Below, piece after piece: positions 25,295 through 39,600 of a stretch of 64,000 bases of DNA. The position numbers and the translations under genes are program-made. Under the pieces are notes generated by a model that saw only the letters and a program-made list of their open reading frames with translations, was not told where the DNA came from and searched no databases. The DNA comes from Rhizaria sp. SCN 62-66. Taxonomy: Eukaryota. The stretch's first letter is position 1. Each line of letters starts with the position of its first letter. Location: positions 1-64,000 of the forward strand of contig MEDY01000002.1 in assembly GCA_001724265.1 (NCBI GenBank), read 5' to 3'.

Positions 25295-28200
25295 TTAAAA
25301 CATATCATCGAGACCCAGTGCGGCCAAGCGCGCACGGTCACTTTGCAGCGCTTGCTCCATCTGACGGCGCTGCTCCTCGCGGCTGTTGCTGCCGCTCACC
25401 GTGCCATTGCTCAAAGCAGTATGGCTCGCATTGCTGCTGTTAAGAGCGTTGCTCGGGTAAGAGAAAGTGTTGGCGTTGCTCGTGTTGACGCTTGTGTTGG
25501 GCTTGTTGCTGTTGTAGACAGCAGCAGCGGTGACCACTGTGTTATAAAAACGAGACGACCGAGGCTGCGGCTGTTGCTGTTGCTGCTGTTGCTGTTGGGA
25601 TAACGCCGAGTACTTGGACTGGGCAAGCGCTCCCTGTTGTGCAGTCATAGCAAGACGAATCCCCGGCGATGTCGGCGCCTTGCTCGAGTAGTTGTGGTGG
25701 CTATTGTAAGTACCCGGCGCGTAAGGGGTGGCGAGTGCGTTGCGAGCACGTGACAGCGACTGCGGCGACAAAAGCCGAATGCTAGTATCAAACGCATTTG
25801 TACTTCCGTCAGAGACACGCACAGCGCCTGCGCTAGCGCTGGTACTTACACCGACAGCATGGTTAGTGTTGCATTCGTTATCAAAGCGCGGGCTCGATTG
25901 AGTTTCGGAGTGTGTGAGTAGTTGCTCTAAGCGACTCGCGTCACGGCTAAGCGTGTCGTTGACCTTGTCCCTCGCCTCTCGTAGCCGCTGCAGCAATAAG
26001 TCACCACTTTCACCATCGCCATTTCCAATAGTTGTGCGGCCACTGTGCGCAGTTACAGTTGCTGTGGTGACTGGCGAGTGACTGAGAACAGTGGGGTGCA
26101 CAGGCTGGCGGCGGAGCGGCGTCGTCAGCGCAGATGCTGAGTACAAAGAGCCGTCTAAGGGGCTTACAGTGCGTTGGTACGTCTGCTGCTTCTGTTGCTG
26201 CTGCTGTTGCTGCTGATGATGACTATGGCCAGCAGCAGCCCAAGGTAGAGCGTGGCTATAAGCAGCAGCTTCCGTCGCACCGGCACCTGCACCTGCGCTT
26301 TCCCTCGCGCTTGCAGTAGAGCCTACTACACTACTATAGACGTGAGGATTTAAGTTCGAGGCGAGCTCCTTGCAGCTGTTAGTGTAGTTGGCGCCGATCG
26401 AGGCCTGCGTGGTCGTGAACACGTGAGCGACAGCACTCGGCGACCGCAACAGCACGTCTGACAGCGGCCTCGGCCTCCCAACGCCGCTATTGCTGCCGCC
26501 GAACAGCTGGAGTCCCTGGTAGTGCGTGGGGGAGGGGTTGCGCTCCCGCTCGCGCTCGAGCTGCTGGTAATACCCCACGGGAGGCGTGGTTGCGGGGGGC
26601 TTGACGAGTGACCCAGCTGCTGAAATCAAGGCCGCGCTAGGAGGCGACGCAGCAGCAACAGCCGCAAAGGCTGGTTGCTGCTGCAGCGGCGACTGAGACA
26701 ACAGGGAAGATTGTGATCCAGCTTGCTGTGGCAGCTGCTGATGTTGCTGATCCTTCGCTTGTTGTTGCTGCTGCAGAAGCTGTAGCTCCAGTAGTTGCCG
26801 CTGTCCCTGCCAATGGTCTTCTATCTCCTGTTGAGCTCGCAACGCGGCCGTCGCAGGCAGAGGCACGGACTCAACATCAAAGCGATCCGTGTTGTTATTC
26901 ACATCGTCGTTGTCGTTTTGCGCAACTCTATCATTAACAAACTCGGCACCTAGCAATGTGTTGTTATTGTTGATATTGACAAGAGTGTTATTATTTATAA
27001 CCGCGGTGACTTCAGGCCAAGCGAGGTTGTTTCGCTCGTCCTCAGCCTCGCTGTAGTATTGTTGCTGCTGCTGCTGCTGCTGCTGCTGAAGGTTCGTATC
27101 GATGTCGTATGCAGCACTGCCGTTGTCACGGCCATCGCCAGTGTCAGCACCGGTCTGCCTCGCATAGTCGGTGTTAGGACTGCCCTCGGCACCCGCAGTT
27201 CCGACTGCGTCGTCGTCGCCACAGAGACTGTGGCTGTTAATGCTGTAGTTGTCCGTGACGGAGCGGATCAACTCACGGTCACTCGGCTTTAAGTACTGGT
27301 CGCTGTTGTTGCCGATGCTGAGGTTGGCGGTGCCGCCACCGAACAAGCTCTCGCCATCACAATCATCGTCGTTGATGACGTTATTATTGTCGCCATCAGC
27401 TATGACCACGCCGGTGTTGGAGTATACGTTAGCGTCAGTCTTAGTGAAATTGTTGTTGTGCATCACAATGCTGCCGAGAGCTCTGAATACACCATTCGTA
27501 GCAACGTCATCTGTAGCATTGTTGTTGTTATTCACACCACTGGTATTGTACTCATCATCGTCGTAGTCGTCAGGCTTGCTGGTTCCGTCCGTGACAAACG
27601 CCTTCGGTCGGTTGGCATTGCCCCTCGCACCACCGACGTTGTTGTCGTCGTTCGTGCAGTCCGAGTTCTGGCTGTGGTCCTCCTCCTCCCACATCGAGTA
27701 GTCGACGTGCGCGGTGGCGGCGGCGTCGGCGGCGGCGACTGCGGCGGCGTGCGCGCGCTCGCTGAGGCGCAACCGCTGCACAGCAACGCGCGTGCGGGGC
27801 CGTTTGCTGTGGACAATAGTCGCATTGACGTGGTTTTGAGTCGTGATCGCGTTGTCCTTCTCAATGTTGTCGTCGTTTTCATCCTCGTTAGAATCACCCT
27901 CAGTAGCATCGTTGTAGTTGTAGTGATGGGTGTCATACTCGGCGTTGTCATCACCGTAAACATCACCTCCCTCGTTGTTCTCACTACGATCATCGTACAC
28001 AGTATCGTGAACGAACCCAGTTTCTATCTTAACTGGAGCCGAGCTAGTAACCGGTGGCCTGCCACGACCGTTATTCAGAGGCCGCTCCTGCGCCTTCTTA
28101 TCCAGATTAACGCTAGCGTTCACACCCATATTCTCAGAGACAGTGTCGTCGTTGCTCCGGGCGCCTACGTTGTCTTCAGCGAGGGATACTGAGGTCGGGA

Positions 28201-31200
28201 CAGCAACGGGGGCAGGAGCAGTAGCCGTGACGGTCGCCGTCGTCGGCCGCCGATGACTGCAACCAGCGCGAACACTCACGCTGACGCCAGATCCGTTATT
28301 GTTAGCGGCGGCAGCAGGCGCGACACTGGCGCTGACGGCACCAACACTCGGTCTATTGTGCTGGCTCTGACTGTAGGCATGCGCGCTGTGTCCGTGACCA
28401 CCGTGGCCGGGCCTGTTGCTCTGCTTGGTGCTATGCTGGGGAGCAGCGAGCGCCGTATTAGCTGTGGTGGCTTGGCCACTTGGCATCGCATCACTCGCCC
28501 GCGACTTGGAAGTCGCGCTCGAGCTAGAGCCGCTTCGAGTGTTGGTGTTGTTCGTGTACACATCGTCGTCTAGGTCGTTGATGACGTCGTCGTTAGCGTC
28601 GCGGATCGTGAACAACAAACGAGCGCCGCAGACCGCGCACTCAGTCTTGCTCTCGCTGCCGTCGGAGATGCCGCTGAAGGCGTAGGTGCTGTTGGTGGTG
28701 TTGAAGTTCGAGTTGTGGTGGTTACACACACTGCAGTTCTCACTGAATCCACCACCGCTAGGCAGAAGCGGTCCAGAACTGACAGTAGCAGCGTCAATGA
28801 CATCCGAGTCGCCGGTGTTCGCGTTGACGCCAGCGTTAGTGGTGCTGCTGGCCCTAGCGTGGCTCGCGACAGTCAGAGGCCGCTGCTTCACAGCTCCAGA
28901 GCGTTTCCTGTCAGAACCCATGCGCTCATGCTGTTGTTGCGCCATTGAAGTCGAACCGCCACTGCTGACGATGATGCCGCCGAGAGCTGAGCCATACGTA
29001 CTGCTGCTAGACTTGAGCAAACGCTTCAGTCTACCGTCCCCGCTGCCGTTAGCAGTACTAGCGTTGCGGGATGCAGTTGCGTCGTCAGTGTCGGTGTGAG
29101 GGGAGCTGAGAGCGAAGTCGACACTGCGCCGGCCGCCGATAGTCCGCTTCGCAACAAGCTCGCTCGTTGCGTGGGTCTTGTCACAACGGCTCCTGTTCTT
29201 CACTATGTCGTTGTTATACGCGACCGCTTTTTCGTCAATCTTGCCGAAGTTGCCGTACGTGTCACTGTAGATCTGATCAGTCTCAGTGATAACGTCGTTG
29301 AAGTTATCAGCCACTTCCTCACCCTCGTTCTCAGTGAAGTCATCATCACCAAACAAGCGCGCCACATTCGCGTTGCCACTCGCCGCCACAGTGTTCGCGT
29401 CGGTGTGCTTGTGCGACAGAGGGGAGCGGCGCCGCTGGATCGGTGACGACGACGGACGCTTGTTGAGCTTGCTTCCGCCCACGTTGACACTGGCGGCGCT
29501 CGTGAAAGTCGCAACGGTGACAGCTCCAGCGGTCGGGCTCGCAGCGCCAGTGTCGATGAAGCTAGGCACGTTGTTATACACATCGCTGGCATCCGTCTGA
29601 GGAGCAGCGACGCCGGGATTGTTGCTGAAATCGTTGTCGTGGTCGCCAATGTTACCAGAGCCGTTGTTGTAGGTTTGAGCAGCAACAGCAGCAGTACCGT
29701 CAGTAGTCGCAAACACATTGGAGCTCGCAAGGGCGTCCGTCTCAGTCTCGGGCTCAGCCCCAACGTCGGCGTCGCTGCGACTGTGGTGCTGATGACTGGC
29801 CGCATCGTATCCAGAGCCAGCCGCAGGCGCAGTGACACTGACGTCGTTCGAGCTCATGAGATTGTTCGCATCAGCGCTGTTGTCATTGCTGCTGTTGACG
29901 CCGGCGTTGTCAGCGTTCGTGTTTGGAAAAATAGGCCGGCGCAGCGGCTGCGACTGCGGATGGGCTGACCGGGGGCTCGGCGCTGCGCGGCGCCAGTGCA
30001 CTTTGCCCTTACTGGTACCTGTGTCTGCGCCAGTACTTGTGCCGTCACGAGCACCAGAAGGACGCACACGACTAGTGATGAGACTGAGATTGTCTACAGT
30101 CGAACTTCCGCTAGCGGTGTTGCCATCTTTGCCATTCTGAATGGAGACACGGTCACCCTTATAGTGTGCCGTTGCAGCAGCGGTAGTTGGCCTCTGGTGC
30201 TTGTGACGGTGTTGGGCCACGTGGCGTTGCTGCTGCGCGGCGTTAGCAAAGTTGTCGATGTGGCAGCTATCGTAGTACGCGTTGATGTGAGAGTAGTTGC
30301 CATCATTGACAACCGCATCGATGTGATCGCCGCCTTGGTTGTTGTTTTGATTATACGAGTAGATGTGTTCATAGTCATCATCCCCGTCCCCTTCACCGTC
30401 GTAGTCGCTCGCACCAAGACCAAGAGCATCTGCTTCATCAGCATTATCATGATTATCGTTCTTCTTGTTGTAGTACTGAACATGGACGACACCACTCTGA
30501 CCACGAATGTGACCGTGAGCAGCAGCGGCGGGGCGACTGCGCGCATGCGAGTGACTGTGAGCGGCGTTATACTGACTGTGGGCGCGCACGTGGCGGCCGT
30601 GAGCACCGCGCTGGCTGTGGGCAACGCCGGACTCACGATCGTTGCCGTAGGTTAAGCCGCATCCGTCGCCGTTGTCACCGTCATCATCATCATGCTCACA
30701 GACACCGTCGTAGTCGTAAGTGTCGTCGTTATTACCGTCGAGGTTATCATTGCTTTCGAGATTGTACGCATCGCCGTTGTTGCGCTCGCTTGTGATGTCG
30801 TGGCAGTACAGCGCAGCCTGCGCCTTCCGGGTCGCAGTCGCAACCACCAGAGCGGTCACTGAGGCTGCTCCTTTCCGGGCCTTCTTGTCGCGGTGATGCG
30901 CAGCGACAATACCAGCACTGTCGCTACCGCCACCGGAGCCAGCGGCAAAGTCCATGCCGGAACCAGAGCCGGCCGAGCCCGAGCCATACACGGTGTTTGT
31001 GGCGCTGTCGGAGACTGTGAGGGCGCTCGTGCTGTTGTTGGTGTAGGTGTTCGATAATGATGACATAAGCTGCGGTTCACGGAGAGAACTCGCACTGGCT
31101 TCGCTGCGAACATACACCAGCCCGCCGCCAATAGCGTTGCTGCCTCTATCACCAACACTTCGAGCGTTGATGTCACCGTTATCGTCGTCCTTGTTGCCAT

Positions 31201-33527
31201 CATCCCTGTTGGCAACCGTATTGTCGCGATTGTTCATAGCCTGGAGCTGCTGATGTTGCTGCTTTTGCAGCTGCTGCAGCTGCTTACGCTCCGCCCTGAA
31301 CTGCAGCCGGAGCCGCTCGCGGCTGCTCGCGACGGCAGTGCCGTCAGCGGTACTCTCGACACCGCCAGTCAGACTCGGATTGTCGCCGTAGTCGCCAGTC
31401 AAGCTCTTGTCATTCGCGTGAATGTTGGAGCTGACCTTGGCCGTCGTGGGCCGGTTCGCGTTGGCCTTGTTGGCCGTGCGCGACTGCGACCGCGACTGCG
31501 GCTGCTGCTGCGTCATAAGTGTGAGCGAAGGCTTGGTCGTTTGCGGGCGCATCAAGCGCTTCGACTGCTGCTGCTGTTGCTGGTGCTGCAGCTGCGGTTG
31601 CTCCTGCTGTTGCAGCTGCAGCAGCTGCTGTTGAGCGTTGTTCAACCCCGGGTGATTGAACGATTGCGACATCGACTGTGAGTGCGACTGCGTAAATGAC
31701 TGCGACTCCGCGCGCGAGTGCGAGCGCGTTTGCGACGCGGGGCTCTCGGTCCGCACCACCTGACTGTGGGCAGCAGCAACATGCAAGTGATTGGAGGCGG
31801 ACGAGGCTGCAACTTCGCCTGCAGGCGAGTGACTGTGAGCGAGCAAGTGACCGTGGGCAGCGATTGCGGCAGCGGCTGAAAATGACGCCGGTGTAATAAA
31901 GGCGCTGTTGTTTCTTTTGTGAAGCTGCTGCTGCTGCTGCTGTTGCTTGTCAAGATGCTTGGCTAGGGAGCGAGACTGTGATAGCGTGTTTGTGGGCGAC
32001 TGCAGTTGGCCTTGTTGTTGTTGCGCTTGTTTTGACGTTGATGACGTCGCCGATGTGGCAGACACAACCGACCGAGCCCCAACAGCAGCGGCGGCCGCAG
32101 CGGCAGAGGCACATGCAGACGCGGAGGCAACTGAGGCGGCGACGACGGCTGAGGCGTCTAGTTCGTCGACAATGAGCAGTCGGTCGCCTTCCGCTTCAAG
32201 CCGACCGTCATCTGCTGCGAGAGCGCCATCCAGCCGCCCCCCAGCCGCTTTAAGCTGCATTTGGAGGCCCCAGTCGTTGTCCTTGTTGTTCGTCACGACG
32301 ACAATGTTGCTAGAGTCAGTCGTGACGTCAGGAATACCGCTGTTGTTCGCGATAGCGTTGTCACTCGTGAACGATTCATACGCATATGACATGTCATTTG
32401 CATTGCCGTGACCAAAGCTGCTGCCGTTCGCACCGTTGTGGCGGTGAGTTTGGCTGCGGCTGTGCGTGCGGCTGTGCGGGTGGTTGCGGCTGTGGCTACG
32501 GCTGCGATTTTGAGCACGGATATAAGGCTGATGTGATTGTTCAAGCGTCTGCGCCTGATTTTGAGGTTGCTGGTCATTAGACTGCATGCCGTCACTCTCG
32601 AGGTGACCGTTGATGTTGTTGTTGTCGTCGACGAACAGCTGCTGCTTTTGCAAACCATCAAGACCATTCGCGTCATACTGATAATTGCTCCCATTTACGT
32701 TGCCAATGCTCACGTTATTGTAGTGCTGCGGCGAAGGGAATAGATCAGGTAATTGACCGTGGGCAGCATACTTAGTTCCCCAATCAGCACTGCTTTGTAA
32801 GACCTGCTGCTGCTGCTGCTGCAGCTGTTCACTGTCACCGTTGAGTTGCTGCTCGGGCTGATTCATTTGCTGCTGCTGTTGTTGCAGCAAATGCGACTGC
32901 GAGAGTGACTGTGAGGAGTGAAGCGTTTGCTGCGACTGGGGCCTTGACAGTGACGGCGACTGCGATTGTTGTGAGAACAGCAAGTGCTGTTGTTGCTGCT
33001 GCTGAAGCTGAAGCAGAGCAAGCTGTTGTTGTTGCTGTTGCAAAAATAGCGCATGCAGTTGTTGTTGTTGCTGATCGTTGTCGAGCGAATCCAACGATAC
33101 CTGCTGGAGCTGCTGTTGTTGCTGTTGCTGCAAAAGCTGCTGTTGCTGTAGCACCAGTTGCTGTTGCTGATAGAGCATGTTCTGAAGCTGTTGCTGCTCA
33201 AAGGAATCACTACTATGCAGCTGCTGCTGCTGTGCGAGCAACATTTGTTGCAGTCTTTGCTCCTCTGAGAGCAATTGCAGCTGAAGTTGCTGGCGCTGCT
33301 GCTCAACGTCGGAGTGCCGAACATTGGCTTCCATTGCAGCTCCCATGTCACCCGTAATGATGGTGTTGATAGGATTCGTCATCATGAGCGGAACACCACC
33401 ATTCACTGATGCGTGAGCGTTGTTGGAATCCGCGTTGCTGTTTGTGTTATACGGCGAAATACTGTACTGGGCGGTAATCGCCGTATTATCAATTGGATAT
33501 GTGCTAGGCGGACTCGGGCCATGCAAC

Positions 33528-33602
<75 letters not shown>

Positions 33603-36600
33603 GTTGTTGTTGTTGTTGCTGCTGCTGCTGCTGTGCCTGGAGCTGCATCATCAACTGCTGCTGCCCATTGAAGTCGCTGCTCGCGTAGGGACTTGAGCTG
33701 TCAGCGTATGCACCTCCCTGCTGGTGCCCAAACGAGTCGGCTTGGCTGTGCGCAAGGCTATTCTGATGCTGCTGCTGCAGGTAGAGTTGCTGTTGCTGCC
33801 AGTGATAATCGCTGCTGCTGTTCGCGCCCTCAGCCGACAGCTGCAGAGGTTGCTGCTGCGGGAACTGCTGCTCGTAGTCGTTCACTGGGCTGGCGTAGTC
33901 ACGGTCGCCTTCGTTAGGGTCGACGTAAACAACGTCGGTATTCGTGTTCGCGTTCAAGTTGGTGTTGAAGTCAACGTTGTTATCTCCGCCATCAGCGTCA
34001 GGGTTTGAGTTGGCATTCTCTGCGGAATTGCTGTAGCTGCCGGTACGCGCAACGTCGCCGCTAAAAATGCGCTCGTTGGTGGCATCGCGGATAAACATCG
34101 CCTCAAACAGTGCGTCGTCATCGTAGTCAATCAGAGCGAGCGGCTGCTGCTGCACTGAGTCTCCGCCTTCACTGTCGGTCACAGCGACACTCGCAATCAT
34201 GCTAAACTGGCGATCATTGCCGTTGTAGCTGTTGCTCTTAGCCGTTCCATAATTAGCAATGTTATTGTTGGTAAGTAAAGACACCTGCTGCGGGCTGATG
34301 TCGACGGGCGACTTCGTGAAGTGGCCGTCAATTAGCTCAACACCGTAACTTTCGTTGCTGACAGCAAGACACGCCTGGAGGTTGTTCTCAGTAGCGACAA
34401 TGCTCACATTAGTCTCATATCCGGTTTGAGCGCAATTCTGAACAGACGCGGTTGATGCAACAACTGCTGCCGTTGCCCCAAGACGGGGGTTCTTGCTGTA
34501 CACTTGCTGCGGCAGCAGAGGGTAGTTATGCACTAGAACGAGCAGCGAGAGATCCTCCCTGTCGTCACACAGCTTGCGACCGTGGGCGCTGGGACTGCGA
34601 GCCACGGACATCGCGCTGTTGACCCGGCCCTGGGCGGCGTTGTTCGAGGGCCGTGGCCGCGCGCTGCCAATGCGAGCCATGCCTGTCGTGATTGTGTTGG
34701 CGTTGGCAGTCATGTCCGTGCTCGTGTTGCGAGTGGTAATGGACCGATAGTCAGAGTCCTCGTCGTCGTCGTCGTCATCGTTGTCGTTCTCACAGTCACA
34801 AGGGTCGTCTTCATAGTCATCGTATTCATGTGCGGTGACAGCAGTGCCAGGTTGACTACTGTTGCTGCTGCTAAGGTGGCTGTGAGCCGGATCAGCAATG
34901 TCAACGACAGGGGTAAGTGAGTCAATGAAGTTGAGTCCACCCAATACGTTCGGAACAGAGACAACAACAACAGCAGTATCCGGCGCACGCTGGTTCGACT
35001 TGGCGTTAAGCTTCGACTTTGCTGCGGCGGGAAGCTTAGACTTGGGGAGACGAAGCGAGGCCAATTGCGCCGCAGCAATAGCACCGATAGCGGACGACAG
35101 CCCGCTCATCTGCACGCGTCCCCCACAGCTATTCGCAAAGAGACAGAGAGTGTGCGGGGCACCAATCGGCGGAGGCAGCGCCACCGCCGCCAGGGCGGCA
35201 CGGGAGACACGGCTGCTCACGGTCACTTGGCCGCTGCTTACGGTCGCGACCGAAGGGTTATACGCAATCACAGGAAACATGTTCGCATTCACGCTAGTAT
35301 CGCTAGTGACAGGAGCAATTGCGACTGGTGACGGCGCGGTGAGAACAAAACCAACGCTCGCATTCTGGCGTACATCGTTCGTATTCAGAGGCACAACTGC
35401 ACTATCACTAGCCTCAATGGCATGGTTAGGGCTCAGCACAACTGAGTTCTGACTATTGTCGTAGCTATTTGTTTGCAAGTGAGATGGAGATGCTCCCTGT
35501 GTCGACGATGCAAGCATAACGGGATAAGTGAGCGGGTTCCCAGCAAGAGCAGCAGCAGCGTTGATGACCACGCTTTCCTGAGGGTGCTGACACAGCTGCT
35601 CCATAACTAAGTTCGCAACATCACTGGTACAGCAAGCGGCAGCCCGGCTTGGAGCTGCCACATCATCGGTAGTGTTCTTGTTGCTATCGTTGGCATAAAG
35701 GCTTTTGTCCTCGTTAACGTGATTCTTGTTGTTTACCACAATGGCGAGCTCCGTTGTGATCGCATGCGCCCGCGCCGCCGCCGCCACGGCACTCACGGCT
35801 GCTGCAGCCGCCACGCGGGCCTGCGGCAGCAGCGCCGGCGCGCTCAGTGGCAAGGGCTCGCCAGTGAACCCGGTGACCGTGGCGCGCCAGTGGGGACGCG
35901 CGACTGCCAGGGCGACGCCAGTGGCTGCTCCTGCCAGAGCGGTCATCGCGAGGCGGGCCTGTGCGACAAGACCAAACATCGAGAGCGACAGCAGCGGATG
36001 CGCAGCAGTTGCCACAGTCCCTGGAGACGGCGGCTTGGCCATCCCCGGCTCTGCCTCTGCCTCCGAAGATAAAGCAAGCTTGTCGCGAACAAACTGAGAA
36101 CACGATGAGGCAGCGGCAGCGGGAGCAATATTGACAATTGCTGTCCTAAGGGGCGACTGCAGGCCTTGGCTGATGCCATCTAGCGCCGTCATGATGCCAC
36201 CTAAGTCCGCAGCAGGATCGTTCTGGGCGAACGAGAGCGCTGTTGCGATAGGTGACACCACAGCGGCAGTCTTCGTCGGTTCTCCAACAAGTAATGTAGA
36301 GTGGCTGGAGGAAGTCTGAGGCGTCGTGCGAGCCGCGTCCAGAGTCGACTTGACACGGGCCCAGAGACGCTGAAGCATCGGGTGCTGCTGTTGCCTCTGC
36401 TGCAACAAGACTGCAAGCCGCTGCTGCTTCTTCAGTGCGCTACGCTCGGATTCAAAGTTGCTGACAGTGCTTGCGCTGCTGCAGAGACTGTCCTCATCAC
36501 TAACATCAACATTTGCATCAACGTCCACGGTATCATTGCCGCCCACACCGCTGTTGTCAAGTGCGTCTGCAGCTGCAAGTATCGTGGCCGACGCAGGCAT

Positions 36601-39600
36601 CAACGCGGCCAGTACTGCAGCCGGAAGCATTGGAGAGCTGCGCATCACAGTCACCCACGACGACTCGTCGCGATCGTCGCCACGGACGATCTCGCAGTCA
36701 AAGTCGTACGTGGCGCTTTCGTAGTGACTAAGGTTGTGGCTCGCGTTCGCAGTGTTCGTCTCATTGTTCGCGTTGCTGCTGCTGCTGGTGACGTCGCCAA
36801 AGCCAGCGTTGTTGTCGGGCTCAGAGGCGTCAAGCGAGTACTCGGAGTCACTAGTAGCAGCATCAGCAGTCACGTGCTCCCATCCGTTGTCAAGCGGGCT
36901 ATCAGCCCCGGAAGTCTTTGCCTTTAAATCGTCAAGGCGAGGAGTCGTCTGAGTGTACATGTGTAGATGTCCAGTGTAAGTATCGGTCTCACCAAAAGCA
37001 CCCGCAGTCATGAGCCCCCGGACGCTCATCTTCACGCTGAGAGAGCTGCTTTGGCCATAGCTAGCCTCAGTCGCCCCTTGCGGCTGAGGATGTGGCTGCG
37101 ACTTTGAGACAAGAGCTGCAGTGGCCGCGGCGCGGCTTGACAAGTCTGCGGTGAGCAGTGCGCGCGCGTAGTTGCGCAGCGCTACAGGAACCGTTGGGCC
37201 GCACACAGCAGAGACCAAACGCTGCACGCAACCAGAGAGAGACATCGGTTCAGCAGGGGAGTCCTCGCTGGCGTCACAGCTGCCGAAGGCAGCAGTGACC
37301 GCAGTTAGGATGAAGGTGGTAAACGAGCTGTCACTCGCACTAATGCTCATAAAGCTGTTGCTCGAATTGCTTGCCATCGCAACGGTCGCGGCCGCGGTCG
37401 CAGCATGCAACGCAATACGGCGCAATGCAGCCGAGACTACCAACACGCACGCGCGGACACGCTTGAGTAGTAGCTTGGACATATCGCGTGCAAAACGAAT
37501 GCTTGTGTCAGAAGTGATGCGCTCGATGATGTTCGTCACAAGTAGCAGTTCAGTCGGAGCAAGAGCAGCGCCGATTTCAACATTGAGGTCGCACGAAAGT
37601 CCGTTATAGCTGCCACTATAGCTCAGAGGAGTCGGACAAAGCAAACCATTGCTAGGGCTCATGTTGCTGTTCGTGGTCGTGGCAGTGGGAAGAGCCGGAG
37701 CTGTGAATGCCGCCAGCGGAATGTTTGCACAGAGCCGGTCAGCAAACGACGCCAGCGCAAACACCACGGGGTCAGCCTTGCGATAGGCCGTGCGCTTCCC
37801 GATTGCATGCGCGAGCGGGGTCAAGTCCAATAACTCAGACAAAACAGTCATATTGTCGAGTAACACGGACGCGAGCGCAGTGTTATGAGCAGGAAGCGCA
37901 GACACGGTCAGGGTATTCCTACTCAGAGTCCCAGTCACATCCGAGCGACAGTGTGCGACAACAGGGACATGCTTCCCAGTCATGCCGTTAGTGCATGAGC
38001 CACCCTTGTAGGTGTTGCTCGTGCCAGCGCTAACAACCTGTTCTAAGCCAGCATAGCGCATAATCAGACCGTCGGCGCTGCTGAAGGTGCTTAAATTGGA
38101 AGTAGCTGGAGTCGACGGCAGCCACGCGTAGCCACGGTCCCCGTCTTCACCGGCAAGAGCGGAGACCGTGCCTGTGAGTGCCGGGCCTGGCGCGGCAGCT
38201 ACAAAGCGCGCGCGAGTCGCTGCGGCGGCCAACACGCCGTTAGAGGGAGCTGTAAGCGTCGACGAGGACGAGAATGGGACGGAGCTGCTAAAGCTGTTCT
38301 CATTGGCGTAAACAATCATATAGTCGCTACCACGATTGCTTGAGTTCTGATTGAGCGCATTGTTCGCAGCTGTGGCGATTGCTGCGGTAACGGCAGCGGA
38401 GGCCGCTGCAGCACCCGCAGTTGCGTCCGATGTGCTCATACGGATGTTGCGACTGTTCGCGCTGTTGTTAGCGTAATAGAGCGACTGCGAGTAGCCTAAG
38501 GGGCGGAGCACTAAAGGTCCCCAAGAGCCGACAGCAGCCGAGGCTGTTGCAAACAAGGGCAGCAACACTGCAGCTGAGATGACTGAGGATGTGGAAACTG
38601 TGATCGGCGACAAAGCAAGGGTCCGGGAGCCGTCAACTAAGGACATGTTCGGAGGAACCGTCTTGAGTCGAGGGAAACACAGCCGGTTGCTGTGACGACT
38701 GCCGATGGCGCTATTTTCACGAAGACAAGCTGCGATAAAAGAGTCGGCTGTGATACACTCAGATACATTCTTATCATTCATCGCATTCGTGCTGAGCGTG
38801 AGATATACTCGGGACTCGGCGTCACTGCAAGCCACCATGCGCTCAATAGCAGGCGCGACTAGAGTGCGAATGACCGTGAGCAGCTTCACAGAAAGCATCA
38901 CGGACGGCGGCAGCGTGTATCCGGGCACATCAACACGGCCCTGCTCGCAATCACTCGCGCCTGTGACAACGCGTGCACGGGGGGTAATGCCGTCGCAGTC
39001 AACCGCAGGGCTGCTAGTGCCGGATTGAGCAGAAGATGAAACTGCGTTAGCGAGCGCTGCAAGCGACGCTGGCACAACTGAGACTGTCGTTGACACGATC
39101 TCCGCCGCCGCCAGCACCACGTTGGCAGCATCAGCCACAAGGGTGCGTGAGTCCAAGCCCAGGATATCGGACGCACTCGCATGATCGCTATCGTTCAGCT
39201 TCATCGTGCCGTAGAACAGAGCCCAAAGCGACTCGGCAGGGCCGATGCAGGCTAGCAGCCGTGCAATCGCACTCCTAGCACGCCACCCGTTCCTAAGATC
39301 GTAGTTAGCGGACGGGTTATCGGTTGCAAGTGCTGCAGTGAGCGCGGTGACCGCGGGCGAAAGCACTGACTGAGTGTACGCTGAGAGCGCGTTCACAGTG
39401 GCCGTGACCGTGGGCAAACTAGCACTAGTGGTGACCGTGAGCAGTGCGTGCTGCATTACGCCCCATAGTGCCAACGACAAGGATCGGAGTTTGCGAGCCC
39501 TGCGCACGGTCACTTTGTGGTCGTCGGCGGCCAGCGCAACGGCGCCCTTCGCAGCGGGTGGCAACAAGAGCATCGGCGACGACGAGGAAACGGACGAGTT

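Noticed and set aside
33530-33601. Long poly-Asn tract at the end of the 3,279-aa ORF
   Set aside because: Out-of-frame reading of a CAA (Gln) repeat after a 1-nt deletion.
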